Shown: one piece after another, positions 1 to 9,690 of the stretch
Layout of the letters: each line of letters begins with the position of its first letter
Position numbering within the stretch: the stretch's first letter is position 1
Origin: Planctomycetota bacterium
GTDB taxonomy: Bacteria > Planctomycetota > GCA-002687715 > CAIWVZ01
Length of the DNA: 64,000 bases
Direction: 5' to 3'
Assembly (NCBI GenBank): GCA_044222185.1
Contig: JBGANV010000002.1
Coordinates: 736,001-800,000 of the forward strand
Notes under the pieces: model-generated
Databases searched by the model: none
The model's input: the letters and a program-made list of their open reading frames with translations, nothing else
What the model was told of the DNA's origin: nothing
Translations under genes and position numbers: made by a program

Positions 1-379
1 GGCGTCCTTCGCCACGTGGCCGTCGCTCCGGCGCGTCACCATGTGCCGGTTGCCTGCTGCGACGGCGACGTCGCTGCGCGCCCTCATCAGTGCGTGCTCG
101 TTGCACTCACGGAACCACGCATATCCTGAAGCCACGACCGACCGGGATCGGAGGCGAACGAGCGAGACGCGGTCGCCCGGGTTCGTCGTGGCGGGGAACC
201 CGCGCATCCACCTGAGCGCTACCCCGCAGTAACCCCGAGGGGACGACTGCCCGGGGACGGGAAATCAGCCCCGCCGCGACGAGTGCAGGCAATCGATGCC
301 CCGCGCGGGCGGACCGGGCCAGCGGAACAGGGTTTGCAAAGGCCTCGTGCGCGATCCCGCGCGAGGCTCGGAGTCATCC

Positions 380-1561
380 ATGCGAATCTCAACTCTCGCC
401 GTGGCGGTGTGGTCTCTCGCGGCACTCGTCCACGCCCAGTCGATCACCGTCTCGCCATCGGTCGTCAACCCGGGGACGACGCTCACCGCCGTCGTCTCGG
501 GGACGCCGACGGTGCCCCTCCATCTCAACGGCACGCGCGCATTCCTGCTGACGGCGACGGGGGATCTCGTCACCCCGCGCTTCAAGCAGGGTCATACGAC
601 CACCTTCACGGCAACCGGACCCCCGGGCGAGACGGCGCAGCTTCAGGTCCCGGCTTCCGGGCCCGGGTCTACCGGATCTCACGTCCTCTTCGTGCCGAAT
701 TCGACGACGATCTCGGGGCCGTCGGGACCGCCCGGCTTCGCTGGCCTCGCCGCGCGGATCGACGTGGGGGCGCCAACTCCCGGATTCCCCGCGCTGCACC
801 CGTTTCCCATCAATCTGGTGTCCGGCTTCGGCTCCTATGCGACGTTCGGCCTGTCGATCCTCGGACCCGCAGAGTGGTGCTTCGCGAACACGTCGCCCGT
901 CCCGATCACGCTCGGGCCAACCGACGTCGCGCGCGTGTTCGTCCCAGGCGGTACGGCGCCGCTCGTCACGACCTCGCTCACGGGGATCACGATTCCCCCT
1001 TCGCAGGTGATCTCCTTCGTGATCATCGGAGCGGCGTTGCCCGCGGCGCCCTACACGGTCCAGATCGACTGGCTCGATCCGTTCGTGGGAGCGGCGTCGG
1101 TGCGCACGGGAATCCGCGGATCGAACCTGGGGTTCGGTGCCGATCTTCACCTCCCCGCGGGGCGCACCGTGGCGCCGGGCGGATCGCTCGACGTGTACGC
1201 CGACATCCCGGCCCTCTCCGGCGCGCCCAGCTTCTTCCTTCTCGTGGGATACCAACCGGGATCGACCACCGTTCCGGGCGGGGCGGTGGTCCCACTGGTG
1301 CCTGACGAACTCGTGCTCGCATCGCTCGCAGGTTCGCTGGCGCCCTACCTCCCAGGAGCGTCGGGTACTGCGGTGCCGTTCGGTCCTGCGTGTGCGGGCT
1401 ACTGCGGACCGGGAACCATCGCGACGAGTCTGGCGAGCGGGATCTCCGTGACGCACCCTGGCCCCGTGGCTTCCGGCCTCGTGCTCAGACTCGCGCTCGT
1501 CGCGTTCGTCGCGCCGGGCCAGTGGATCCCGACGCAGGGTCAGGAGATCACGCTCTTGTGA
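380..1561 (+). CDS. Secreted hypothetical protein (Pro/Gly/Thr-rich beta domains) with shared C-terminal domain
   Basis: ATG 380 after GGAG. Signal peptide MRISTLAVAVWSLAALVHA|Q. C-terminus ...HPGPVASGLVLRLALVAF...TQGQEITLL resembles those of other secreted proteins here. Confidence 0.75.
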   Translation: MRISTLAVAVWSLAALVHAQSITVSPSVVNPGTTLTAVVSGTPTVPLHLNGTRAFLLTATGDLVTPRFKQGHTTTFTATGPPGETAQLQVPASGPGSTGSHVLFVPNSTTISGPSGPPGFAGLAARIDVGAPTPGFPALHPFPINLVSGFGSYATFGLSILGPAEWCFANTSPVPITLGPTDVARVFVPGGTAPLVTTSLTGITIPPSQVISFVIIGAALPAAPYTVQIDWLDPFVGAASVRTGIRGSNLGFGADLHLPAGRTVAPGGSLDVYADIPALSGAPSFFLLVGYQPGSTTVPGGAVVPLVPDELVLASLAGSLAPYLPGASGTAVPFGPACAGYCGPGTIATSLASGISVTHPGPVASGLVLRLALVAFVAPGQWIPTQGQEITLL

Positions 1562-1675
1562 CCGCGCGCAGCCGCTCGTCCGCGTGGTGTTCCGAACTCG
1601 CGCGGGCGGGCCTCCCACGTGCGTCGCTGGCCCGCCGCGCCAGCGACGTCATGGCAGGGTGTGGGCGCCGCGCGA

Positions 1676-3550
1676 TCAGGGGACGAAGACCGTCGTCTCG
1701 GGGTTCGACATGCGGAGTCCGCCGGCGATCGTGGGGTCGGACACGACCGCTTGAAGCGTGATGGTCGCTCCCGTGGGGACCGTCGCCGGGACGAGAATCG
1801 TCTCCAGCCCTTCGCCGTTCGAGTTCGCGATCCCGGAAGGACCACCGGCGAAGCCGTTCACGATGAAGATCGGCGACGCGCTGAGATTCAGGTTGATCAG
1901 GCCGGGGCCGACGGCAATCCCGGGCGACGACGCGATCCCGACCGCGATCGCATAAGGCGAGTTGGCGTGCGCCGTCACGCCGGGGAACACGGGGATGCCC
2001 ACGCGCACCGGGCGCGGCGCCGCGGTCCCGAATCCGGCGCGGCCAGCCCAGTTGTTGATCCGCAACGTGGCGCCGCAGTCCGGTGGTTGTGCGCCAGGCG
2101 TGTTGGGCCCGTTCTGCACGTACAAGCGAGCCTGATCGGCGATCTCGTCCGTCGCGATGATGTCCACGTCGCCATCCCGGTCCAGGTCGACCAGGGTCGT
2201 GCACGAGCCCGCGGAGGTCGACGGCAGCGTCGTCGGCGGACCGAACGCCCCGGCACCGGTGTTGAATCGCACAGTGTAGTTCGACGATCCGTAGTTCGAC
2301 ACCACGCAATCGAGGTCGCCATCGCCGTCGAGATCGGCGAGGTCCACCGCGGCCGGGAGGTTTCCCACGCCGAAGGTCGTGGCTGCGCCCAGACTCCCGG
2401 CGCCATTGCCGAGCATCACGCCGAGCGTGTTCGTTCCGCGGTTGGCGGTGACGACGTCCACGTTCCCGTCACCATTCAGATCGCCCGTGGCGTTCTGGAA
2501 CGGCCCGCCGCCGCACGCGCGTGTCACGCTGATCGTGAACCCGCCAGCTCCGTTCCCGAGCAGGACCGTGACGCTGCCCGAGCCGAGGTTGCCGACGAAG
2601 AGGTCCGGTTTGCCATCGTTGTTGGCGTCGGCGACGGAGACGTTGTCCGGGCTCACGCCGCCACTGGAGATGCTCAGAAGCTGCGTGAAGGCGCCCGTGC
2701 CGTCGTTGGCGAAGGGGATGATGGCGGAGTTGTTCGCGGCGACGACGTCCTGGTCGCCGTCGCCATCGAAGTCGAGCACCGCGACACCGTGCGTGTACCC
2801 GCCAGTCGGGTACGTGACCGGTGGCAGGAATCCGCCGGAGCCGTTGCCCAGGTAGATGGAGATCGCTCCGCCGCCCTGATTCCCCGTCACGAGATCCATC
2901 CAGCCGTCGCCGTTGAAGTCACCGCCCTCGTTCGGACTGGGCTCTTGTCCGGGCGCCGGGACGATGGTCATGGGGCCGAACGTTCCACAACCGTCGTTGT
3001 GGAGCACGCGGATGTCGTGCGCGACTTCGTTCGGGGCCGTGATGTCCGGGCTGCCGTCGCGATCCACGTCGCCGCCGAATACGCCGTAGGTCGCGATCAG
3101 ACCTTCTCCTGGCTGTCGCAGCGCGATGGTCTGCTGAAGCGAGAATGCCGCCGTGCCTGGAGCCGGCCGGCCCCAGAAGTGCGAGAAGAATCCGCCCGTC
3201 AGCGCGGCTCCCGTGGCCGAGTGCACTGACGATGCGACGCGCACCGTGACGTTTTCGCCCGGGAAGTACGGTCGCGCCGGTTGGAAGACGACGTGATTGC
3301 TGCCGGGGCCGACGGTGAGCGTGCCGGAGACGTCGCCGCTCCAGCGGCCCGCGACCTTGATCGATGCGGACGTCACGGTCGCCGGATTGACGGCCGCGCT
3401 GAAAGTCAGTTCGACGGGATCGGCCGTCGACGAGAGGTTCGAGTTTCGGCTCGGCGTCACGGCGGTGACGGCAAATGATTGGGCGATGGCCGCTTGGATC
3501 GCCAGGAGGCTGATCGCAACCGAAGCCAGGTAGGGTCGTGGCGTGGACAT
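1676..3550 (-). CDS. Secreted FG-GAP/VCBS repeat protein with N-terminal bacterial Ig-like (Big_5-like) domain and shared C-terminal domain
   Basis: ATG 3550 with GGAGAG upstream. Signal peptide ending AIA|Q. PVELTFSAAVNPATV Ig-like motif. Seven DxDxDG-type repeats (GDVDRDGSPD, GDFNGDGWMD, LDFDGDGDQD, ADANNDGKPD, GDLNGDGNVD, ADLDGDGDLD, VDLDRDGDVD). Confidence 0.88.
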   Translation of the reverse strand: MSTPRPYLASVAISLLAIQAAIAQSFAVTAVTPSRNSNLSSTADPVELTFSAAVNPATVTSASIKVAGRWSGDVSGTLTVGPGSNHVVFQPARPYFPGENVTVRVASSVHSATGAALTGGFFSHFWGRPAPGTAAFSLQQTIALRQPGEGLIATYGVFGGDVDRDGSPDITAPNEVAHDIRVLHNDGCGTFGPMTIVPAPGQEPSPNEGGDFNGDGWMDLVTGNQGGGAISIYLGNGSGGFLPPVTYPTGGYTHGVAVLDFDGDGDQDVVAANNSAIIPFANDGTGAFTQLLSISSGGVSPDNVSVADANNDGKPDLFVGNLGSGSVTVLLGNGAGGFTISVTRACGGGPFQNATGDLNGDGNVDVVTANRGTNTLGVMLGNGAGSLGAATTFGVGNLPAAVDLADLDGDGDLDCVVSNYGSSNYTVRFNTGAGAFGPPTTLPSTSAGSCTTLVDLDRDGDVDIIATDEIADQARLYVQNGPNTPGAQPPDCGATLRINNWAGRAGFGTAAPRPVRVGIPVFPGVTAHANSPYAIAVGIASSPGIAVGPGLINLNLSASPIFIVNGFAGGPSGIANSNGEGLETILVPATVPTGATITLQAVVSDPTIAGGLRMSNPETTVFVP

Positions 3551-3663
3551 GGGCTCTCCGAGATCTCCGTTCCGAGGGGCTGGACGTAGTTCTATAGACA
3601 ACGGAGAGCCGCGTGGGGCGGCCTGCTCGGGTGGCAGGCCTCGCGTCGCGACCGACCGGCCTC

Positions 3664-6600
3664 TCACGTCGGCGCCAGCGTGGCTGGCGACGGCGCCGCC
3701 GCATCTTCCGGGATCGCGTAGGCCGTGAAGCTCGCATCGAGATCGTCCAGGTCCGCCGGACGCGGCCGGGCCGCCAGGATCAGGCGCGCGAGCAACGTGT
3801 CGAGCGCCGTCCGGTTGGTCACGGCCACCGGAACGAGTCTCGAAACGAACCGCACCTTCTCCGCCGGAGTGAACGCCTTCGCCGCGAGAACCCGCGAGGC
3901 GAAGAACGACGCGAGCAACGGAGCCCACCGCGGATCGGGCACCCGGACCGTCGATCCGTCCGGCAGGTCCGCATCCGGCGCGCCGACCTCGGGGTTCACT
4001 CGCTGCCAGTCGGGCAGGCGCCACTGGTACGCGCGGGCCAACGCTTCCAACGAGCGTGCTGCCAGCAACCACGCCGGGAGCCGGCTCGTCGGGTTGACGA
4101 CGCGACGTTTGGCGTACGTCTCGCCGACTTTGTGCTGTGCGCAGAATTCCATGGCCTGCGGATCCCGGATGAAGCGGTCCATCGTCGCGGGAAGCCACGT
4201 GTCGCCCTTCAGCGCCAGCGGCCACCAGATGTCCACGAGCGCGTGGACGCGGCTGACGGTGCGCGCACAGAACACCAGGTCCTGGACGTTGTGCGCCGCG
4301 CCGAACACGGACCGGAGCACGGGGTCGATGATCCCGGGAGGCGCGCCGCAGATCGCGAGCGTCTCGGCGACGAGCAGATTCGCCGGAGCCTGGAACCCCG
4401 CGTATCCCGTGGGGATCTTGAACGCCTTCTCGGCGAGCGCCCCGGCAGGCTCGTTCAGCACGAGTTGACGAACCTCCGCCAGCGCGCAGAGCGTGCGTCG
4501 ATGTTCGCCCCAGGAGTCGCCGCGCCCCCGCTCGCGTGCGAGCCCGCCGAGGGCCTCGAGTGCCTGCGTCTGCATGGCTTCGAGGAGGCCTCGCGCTCCG
4601 GGGTCGACCGCGGCGCGGCACCCGACGACGGTGATCGGCCCCGCCGACCCGAACTCCCGTCCGGCCCCGGCCAGCGCCGCCGCGAGGATTGGCTTCGCCA
4701 TGTCTCGGACCCAGTCCTGGCTCTTGTGGCGCGCGACGGCGAGGAGGATCTCCCACAGCGATCCGTTGCGGTAGACCCGATACGCGTTCGCGGAATGCAG
4801 CGCGACGTAGTCCCGCAGCTTCGCGTCACCGACCTGCGGATTCAGCTCTGCGAAGGCGACGAGCTTGGGCGCATCGAACTCGGCCTGGTAGCGCGTGCCC
4901 TCGACGTCGCGGTGTCCGCGGGCCGGTGGCGGCGCCGATTGATCCCAGAGCATGGACGGATTGACGCGCTCGTCGTCGCCGCCGCCGACGCGGTTGAAGA
5001 TCTCGTTGATCGTGTCCTCGCCGACGGGCTCGGCGATCGGCTGCACGATGGGAGCGCGTTTCTCGAATGCCGCGTTCACGCGCTCGGCGAGGCGCGCCGG
5101 ACGTTGCGCCGTCTTGCGCAGGGCGTCGGCCGTCACCGGATCCTTCGCGTGACCCAGCCACGCGATCACCAGTCGAGCTGCGTCCTGCCAGTCGACGTCC
5201 GCCTCGTAGAGCTGGAGTTCCTTGACGGCTTGTGCGACCTGTCCCTCCTCCGCGAGACGGAAGATGCGGTTCGCATCCAGCCGAGTGCGGCGGAACGTCG
5301 TGAGGCCCAGTGCCAGCCGGGCGACGTGCCCCACGGACGCGCTCGATCCCGATCCCGCGACTGCGGCGAGGGCCGAGCGCAACGTCGTGTCGACTCCGAA
5401 CGGATCGTCGATGCGCGCCTCGGTGATCTGCGTGTCGAGGCAGAAGCGAGCGATGCGCTCGTGCCACGTCGCCTTCTCGGGCGCTGGGACCACCTTCGCG
5501 ACTTCGCAGAGATGGTGACCGAGGTGTGTGAGCGCGTAGGGCCGCACGGTGAACCGATCGGCCTCGAACGTGGCGAAGAGTCCGTCCGCGAGGAGGCGGT
5601 GGCCGTCGACGACGGCGACCGCATACGGACCCCCTCGAGCCGTCTCGTCAGCGAACCACTCGCTCAAGGAGCTGTGGAAGATGGTGTGACGCGGTGTCGG
5701 GCCAGTCGTGGATCGCAGGTAGGAACTCACCGTGCGGAGCCGTGCAGCCAAATCCTTCGGTGCCGCGATCGCGGTGGCGGCAGACAGCTCCTCCGTCGCC
5801 AGCGGTTCCTGCGCCGCGCACAGAGCGGCGAAGATCGGACGCACCGAGGCCCAGGCTGCCGGATCGGCGAACTGCCGATCGAAGAAGAGGCGATATTGCT
5901 GGCGAAGCCCGGGCGGCAGCTTCCCCAGGTCGTCCACGCCGATGAGCTTCCGCTCGAGGCCGGCGAGCGTCTGTTCGGCGTACAGGAAATTGCCGTCGGC
6001 TGCGTCGGCGATCTTGCTCACGCACCACTCGGTCGTCTGGCCGCTCGCGGCGACGAGTTGCGCCAGGCCCGGCGTCGTGAGGCGCGCGTGTGCCAGAGCG
6101 CGAAGGTCGGTGGCGTTCTGCGTTCCGCTGGCCTCGAGAACCAGGGGATTGATGCCTGCGAACGACTCGAGCAGCGGTTTCTCCGGGCGGCTCGTTGCGA
6201 TCACCGTGAGCCACGACGGAAGACGGTCGAGTCGTTCTGCGACGAGGCTGGCGATGGTGGGTTTGCCCTCGATCGCACCGCGCAGAGATTCGTCGAGAGC
6301 GTCGACGATGATCGTCCACGCGCCCGGCGCGGGAGCTCCGACGGTCGCGAGCGCGGCGAGGATGCCCTCGTCGAACGCGCTCGCGGGGTCGTCGTTGCAC
6401 GCGCGTTCGGAGAGGACGTCACGGTAGGGCGACTGCTGGACGATCGCCTCGTACGCTGGATGTCGACTGGCGATGAGGCCCGCGAGGCTGCGCACGAAGC
6501 GGCTCGGGTTGACCGTCTCCGGCGTCGCGGACTGACAGCAGTGGAAGCCGAGGACGCGGCCGTCGGGATTGCGGTGGACGGACTCGGCGACGATGGCCGT

Positions 6601-7260
6601 CTTGCCCGTGCCCGGACCGCCGACGATCAAGATCGCAGGTTGAGCCCGCTTTCGGATCTGGTCGTCGATCTCCTGGAACAGCCACTCGCGGCCGGTGAAT
6701 CCGGCGCGCTTCTGATCCAGGTAGTCCCCGAAGTCCCACGGAGAGAGCTGGTCTGGCGTGGCACGGTTGCCCCACTTGCCGGTGAGGACGGCGTCGAGGC
6801 CCTCGAGGATGCGTTTGAGTCCCGCTGCATACGCCGTCGGGTCCTTCCACTTCGTGAGGTCGACGTAGTCGAGGCGGAAGATCTCGAAGGGCGGCGTGCA
6901 AGGGATCGCCATCACCGGGAGGATGGGTTTCCTCGCCTGGAACCGCGCCCAGGAGATTTCGTCGAGGCAGACGCTGTCCGTCGTGGACGTGCCGTCGCCG
7001 CGAGTGCGCACGGACGACGGCGTGAGGATCGCGAGAACTGCATCGGTTTCGTTCAACGCTCGGGCAAGTTGCTCGGCCCAGGCGCGGCCCGTGCGGATCT
7101 CGGCGCGATCCTTCCAGGGTTCGTAGTGCGCGAGCGGGTCCAGTGCGTGCGTGGCGAGGTCCTTGGCGAGCTGGTCGGCGAGTCCGCTGGCGTCGGAGCG
7201 CCCGTAGCTGACGAACACCTTCTTCGAGGCTGTCACGTTCCCGTCTCCGTCTGCATCCAT
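3664..7260 (-). CDS. TIR domain + NACHT/STAND P-loop NTPase (NLR-like) protein with C-terminal LysM-like module
   Basis: KKVFVSYGRSD...WKDRAEIRTG...SVCLDEISWA (TIR_2-like, Glu retained). Walker A GGPGTGKT, Walker B IIVDALDE, sensor VIATSRPE, GNFLYA and HTIFHSSLSEWF winged-helix motifs. Start is either ATG 7260 or GTG 7236 (GGAG upstream). Confidence 0.85.
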   Translation of the reverse strand: MDADGDGNVTASKKVFVSYGRSDASGLADQLAKDLATHALDPLAHYEPWKDRAEIRTGRAWAEQLARALNETDAVLAILTPSSVRTRGDGTSTTDSVCLDEISWARFQARKPILPVMAIPCTPPFEIFRLDYVDLTKWKDPTAYAAGLKRILEGLDAVLTGKWGNRATPDQLSPWDFGDYLDQKRAGFTGREWLFQEIDDQIRKRAQPAILIVGGPGTGKTAIVAESVHRNPDGRVLGFHCCQSATPETVNPSRFVRSLAGLIASRHPAYEAIVQQSPYRDVLSERACNDDPASAFDEGILAALATVGAPAPGAWTIIVDALDESLRGAIEGKPTIASLVAERLDRLPSWLTVIATSRPEKPLLESFAGINPLVLEASGTQNATDLRALAHARLTTPGLAQLVAASGQTTEWCVSKIADAADGNFLYAEQTLAGLERKLIGVDDLGKLPPGLRQQYRLFFDRQFADPAAWASVRPIFAALCAAQEPLATEELSAATAIAAPKDLAARLRTVSSYLRSTTGPTPRHTIFHSSLSEWFADETARGGPYAVAVVDGHRLLADGLFATFEADRFTVRPYALTHLGHHLCEVAKVVPAPEKATWHERIARFCLDTQITEARIDDPFGVDTTLRSALAAVAGSGSSASVGHVARLALGLTTFRRTRLDANRIFRLAEEGQVAQAVKELQLYEADVDWQDAARLVIAWLGHAKDPVTADALRKTAQRPARLAERVNAAFEKRAPIVQPIAEPVGEDTINEIFNRVGGGDDERVNPSMLWDQSAPPPARGHRDVEGTRYQAEFDAPKLVAFAELNPQVGDAKLRDYVALHSANAYRVYRNGSLWEILLAVARHKSQDWVRDMAKPILAAALAGAGREFGSAGPITVVGCRAAVDPGARGLLEAMQTQALEALGGLARERGRGDSWGEHRRTLCALAEVRQLVLNEPAGALAEKAFKIPTGYAGFQAPANLLVAETLAICGAPPGIIDPVLRSVFGAAHNVQDLVFCARTVSRVHALVDIWWPLALKGDTWLPATMDRFIRDPQAMEFCAQHKVGETYAKRRVVNPTSRLPAWLLAARSLEALARAYQWRLPDWQRVNPEVGAPDADLPDGSTVRVPDPRWAPLLASFFASRVLAAKAFTPAEKVRFVSRLVPVAVTNRTALDTLLARLILAARPRPADLDDLDASFTAYAIPEDAAAPSPATLAPT

Positions 7261-7469
7261 CCCACCGCAGGTACCCCACGATCGAGCGGGCCCTCGTCTG
7301 TGGCGCGCAGTGTGCCACAGGCGTGCGATCGCCGCTTCGTGAGGTGAGGATTCTGTGGCCCTGGGGCGACACGGCACGCGGCCGACGCGCCTCGAGTCGA
7401 CGTCGCGGGTGTTGCGGGCGCGGAAGTCGTTCTGTCGACGGGCGCTGCCGTCGGCATACAATCCGCGCC

Positions 7470-9551
7470 ATGTCTCGGGCGGAGTGCATTCGGTGGGGCG
7501 TCGTTCTGACCGCAGTGGCCGCGCTCGGCGTGGTCGCCGCGCGGCTGGGCCTTCCGAGCGACGCTGCGCAAGCCGTGGCGGGCCGCGGAGACGCCGGCAC
7601 ATCCGCTCCCCCTGACGTGGTGGCGTCGACGGATGGACACGGAGGGCACCACGACGCATCCCCGGACACGATCGTGCGGCCCGTTCCGTTCTCACCGGAG
7701 CCCGCTGACTCGCTCGAAGACGTTCCGGTCGTCCCTGCGGAAAGCGAAGGGACTCGGGTGCGCGTCGTCGACGGCTCCACCGGCGCACCCGTCGCGGGCG
7801 CCGACGTGTATTGGGTCCCGCCGGAACACGATGCAAGCGGCACCGACGCGTTTCGTCCGGAGTTGCTCGACGGGCCACCGTCACCAGGCACGCGGCACTA
7901 CCGGACGGACGGAAGCGGCATGACGACGGTCCCGTGGAGTTCGGAGCGGGTATCGCTGTTTGCACGCTTGGGCGATCTCGGCGCGGTTGGCCTCAGTTGG
8001 GCACGAGATGGCGAGGTCGTCACGATGACGCTCGAGTCCGTGATCAGGCTCCGCATCCTCGCCGAAGACTCCACGGGAGCGCCGGTCCGCTGGGCCGACT
8101 TGACGATGGACTCGCCCGCGCCCTGGGATGCGCGTCATCACTCCGTCGCGACGACCATGCCGCCGGATGGGATCGCCACGTTCGTCGACCTCGCTCCGCT
8201 GCTTGCGGTGAGCGGCGCGCTCGCGGCGGTTTCACGCCCATCGGTTCGCGGGGATTCCTGGACCATCGGCACCGTCCTCGGCGGTCCCATCGTGAACGGG
8301 AGCGCCGTCGATCCCCGGCAATTGGCGACGCACGTGCATTCAGTGCGGCTGGGCCCCGTCGGCGCGATCGAGGGGCGGCTCGTGACGCGCGACGGCACAC
8401 CGATTCCCGGCCCTGCATTCGTTTCCGCCGCTCGCGTCGACCCGGCACGCGCTTCGACGGGAGTGATCTACCGCCGCGCTCCCCAGTGCGGTGCGTTCCG
8501 CATCGGGGCCGTTCCGCTGAATTCCGTGCTGTCGATCACGGCACGCCTGCCGGGTCGATACGAGCAAGCGACGACGATCGTCGGGCCGACGTCCGGTGGC
8601 GAGGTGGTCGCGGCCGCGATCGTGGTGGGCGACGAATTCCTGCGCATCCGAGGCAAGCTCGTCGATGATCACGGGCATGCGATCGCCCAGGACGCGCGCG
8701 TGGTTGCCACACTGGAGGCGTCGGATGGCGCCCGGTTGCCGGAGCTCGAGACCCAGATGAAACCTGATGGCGTCTTCGAGATCGAGGTGCCGTTCCGCCT
8801 GAGGATCCGACCCGCGGTGCTGAGATTCGCCATCGCACAGAAGGGCCCCGCGCCGCCTTGGTCGGGCCAGGTGGGCTTCCCGGATCCGGCTCCGTTGCAC
8901 GTCGTCGACGTGCGCACCGTCGTTCTGGAAGTCCCAGACCTGATCGCCTCCGGAGTGGTCGTCGATCAAGAGGGAAGACACGTCCCGGGTGTGCGGGTCG
9001 TGCTCCAAGCTGCGGCACCCTCCACCGATCCCGGCGACGATTCAGGCGAAGAGGACTTCAAGTGGACCGATCTCTCCTGGACGACGGGCGCTGACGGCAC
9101 GTTCTTCGCGTTCGGCAAACCGCCGGAGGGTCATCTGGCGTTCGGGTGTGCAGGTGGCGGATTCATCCAGGTCACCTCCACGCCATTCACACGCGGAGAC
9201 CGCGGCGTGCGATTGGTCGTCGACGCGACGTCGACGATCGGCGGTCGCATCGAACTCCCGCCAGGAGTCGCGTCGAGTGACGTGACGGTCACCGCCACGT
9301 ACGGCGGCGCGTCGGTGACCGATCGCGCGGCGATCATCCCATTGAGGTTGGCGGCCGACGGCACGTTCCGCCGCGAGAATCTCGCGCCGACGTCCGTGCA
9401 TCTTCAGTTGACGGTGAGAGGCGCGCACTCGAACCTCTCGCGCGAGTTGGGGACCTTCCCTCTCGCCGTCGACGCCGTGATCGAGCCGCCCGAGCTGAAC
9501 CCGCTGGTTCTCGCCGAACCTGCTCCCGGCGGGGCCGACCGCACGCGTTGA
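7470..9551 (+). CDS. Membrane-anchored carboxypeptidase-regulatory-like (transthyretin-like beta-sandwich) repeat protein
   Basis: N-terminal hydrophobic helix. Repeated G-x-V-V-D-x2-G-x-P-V-x-G motifs (VRVVDGSTGAPVAGA, GRLVTRDGTPIPG, GVVVDQEGRHVPGV). Confidence 0.75.
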   Translation: MSRAECIRWGVVLTAVAALGVVAARLGLPSDAAQAVAGRGDAGTSAPPDVVASTDGHGGHHDASPDTIVRPVPFSPEPADSLEDVPVVPAESEGTRVRVVDGSTGAPVAGADVYWVPPEHDASGTDAFRPELLDGPPSPGTRHYRTDGSGMTTVPWSSERVSLFARLGDLGAVGLSWARDGEVVTMTLESVIRLRILAEDSTGAPVRWADLTMDSPAPWDARHHSVATTMPPDGIATFVDLAPLLAVSGALAAVSRPSVRGDSWTIGTVLGGPIVNGSAVDPRQLATHVHSVRLGPVGAIEGRLVTRDGTPIPGPAFVSAARVDPARASTGVIYRRAPQCGAFRIGAVPLNSVLSITARLPGRYEQATTIVGPTSGGEVVAAAIVVGDEFLRIRGKLVDDHGHAIAQDARVVATLEASDGARLPELETQMKPDGVFEIEVPFRLRIRPAVLRFAIAQKGPAPPWSGQVGFPDPAPLHVVDVRTVVLEVPDLIASGVVVDQEGRHVPGVRVVLQAAAPSTDPGDDSGEEDFKWTDLSWTTGADGTFFAFGKPPEGHLAFGCAGGGFIQVTSTPFTRGDRGVRLVVDATSTIGGRIELPPGVASSDVTVTATYGGASVTDRAAIIPLRLAADGTFRRENLAPTSVHLQLTVRGAHSNLSRELGTFPLAVDAVIEPPELNPLVLAEPAPGGADRTR

Positions 9552-9690
9552 CCTGAGATGCCGTTTGAGTCGTCGGCCGTCAGGTCCGGCTCGATCTCAC
9601 GCGCGCCGCCCGGCGCCGACGCCGTCCGCAGAGCCGTGCGCTCTCGTTCGGGGGATGCGTCGTCAGCACTGCGTCCATGGAATGTTCGGC

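Noticed and set aside
1-42. Possible minus-strand gene start (MVTRRSDGHVAKDA) leaving the window
   Set aside because: Too short to support.
190-300. Loose resemblance to a cobalamin riboswitch (GGGAA, CCCCGCAGTAA, GACTG...CGGGAA)
   Set aside because: Core elements (GGTG..A.TCC, GCCACTG, B12 box) do not match properly, and the downstream gene has no B12 link. An Rfam search would settle it.
3613-7347. Long antisense or alternative-frame ORFs (e.g. 3613-7347+, 43020-46172-, 54266-56815+, 40867-43023-, 26802-28946+)
   Set aside because: Shadow ORFs typical of high-GC DNA: Arg/Ala-rich, motif-free, and overlapping well-supported genes.
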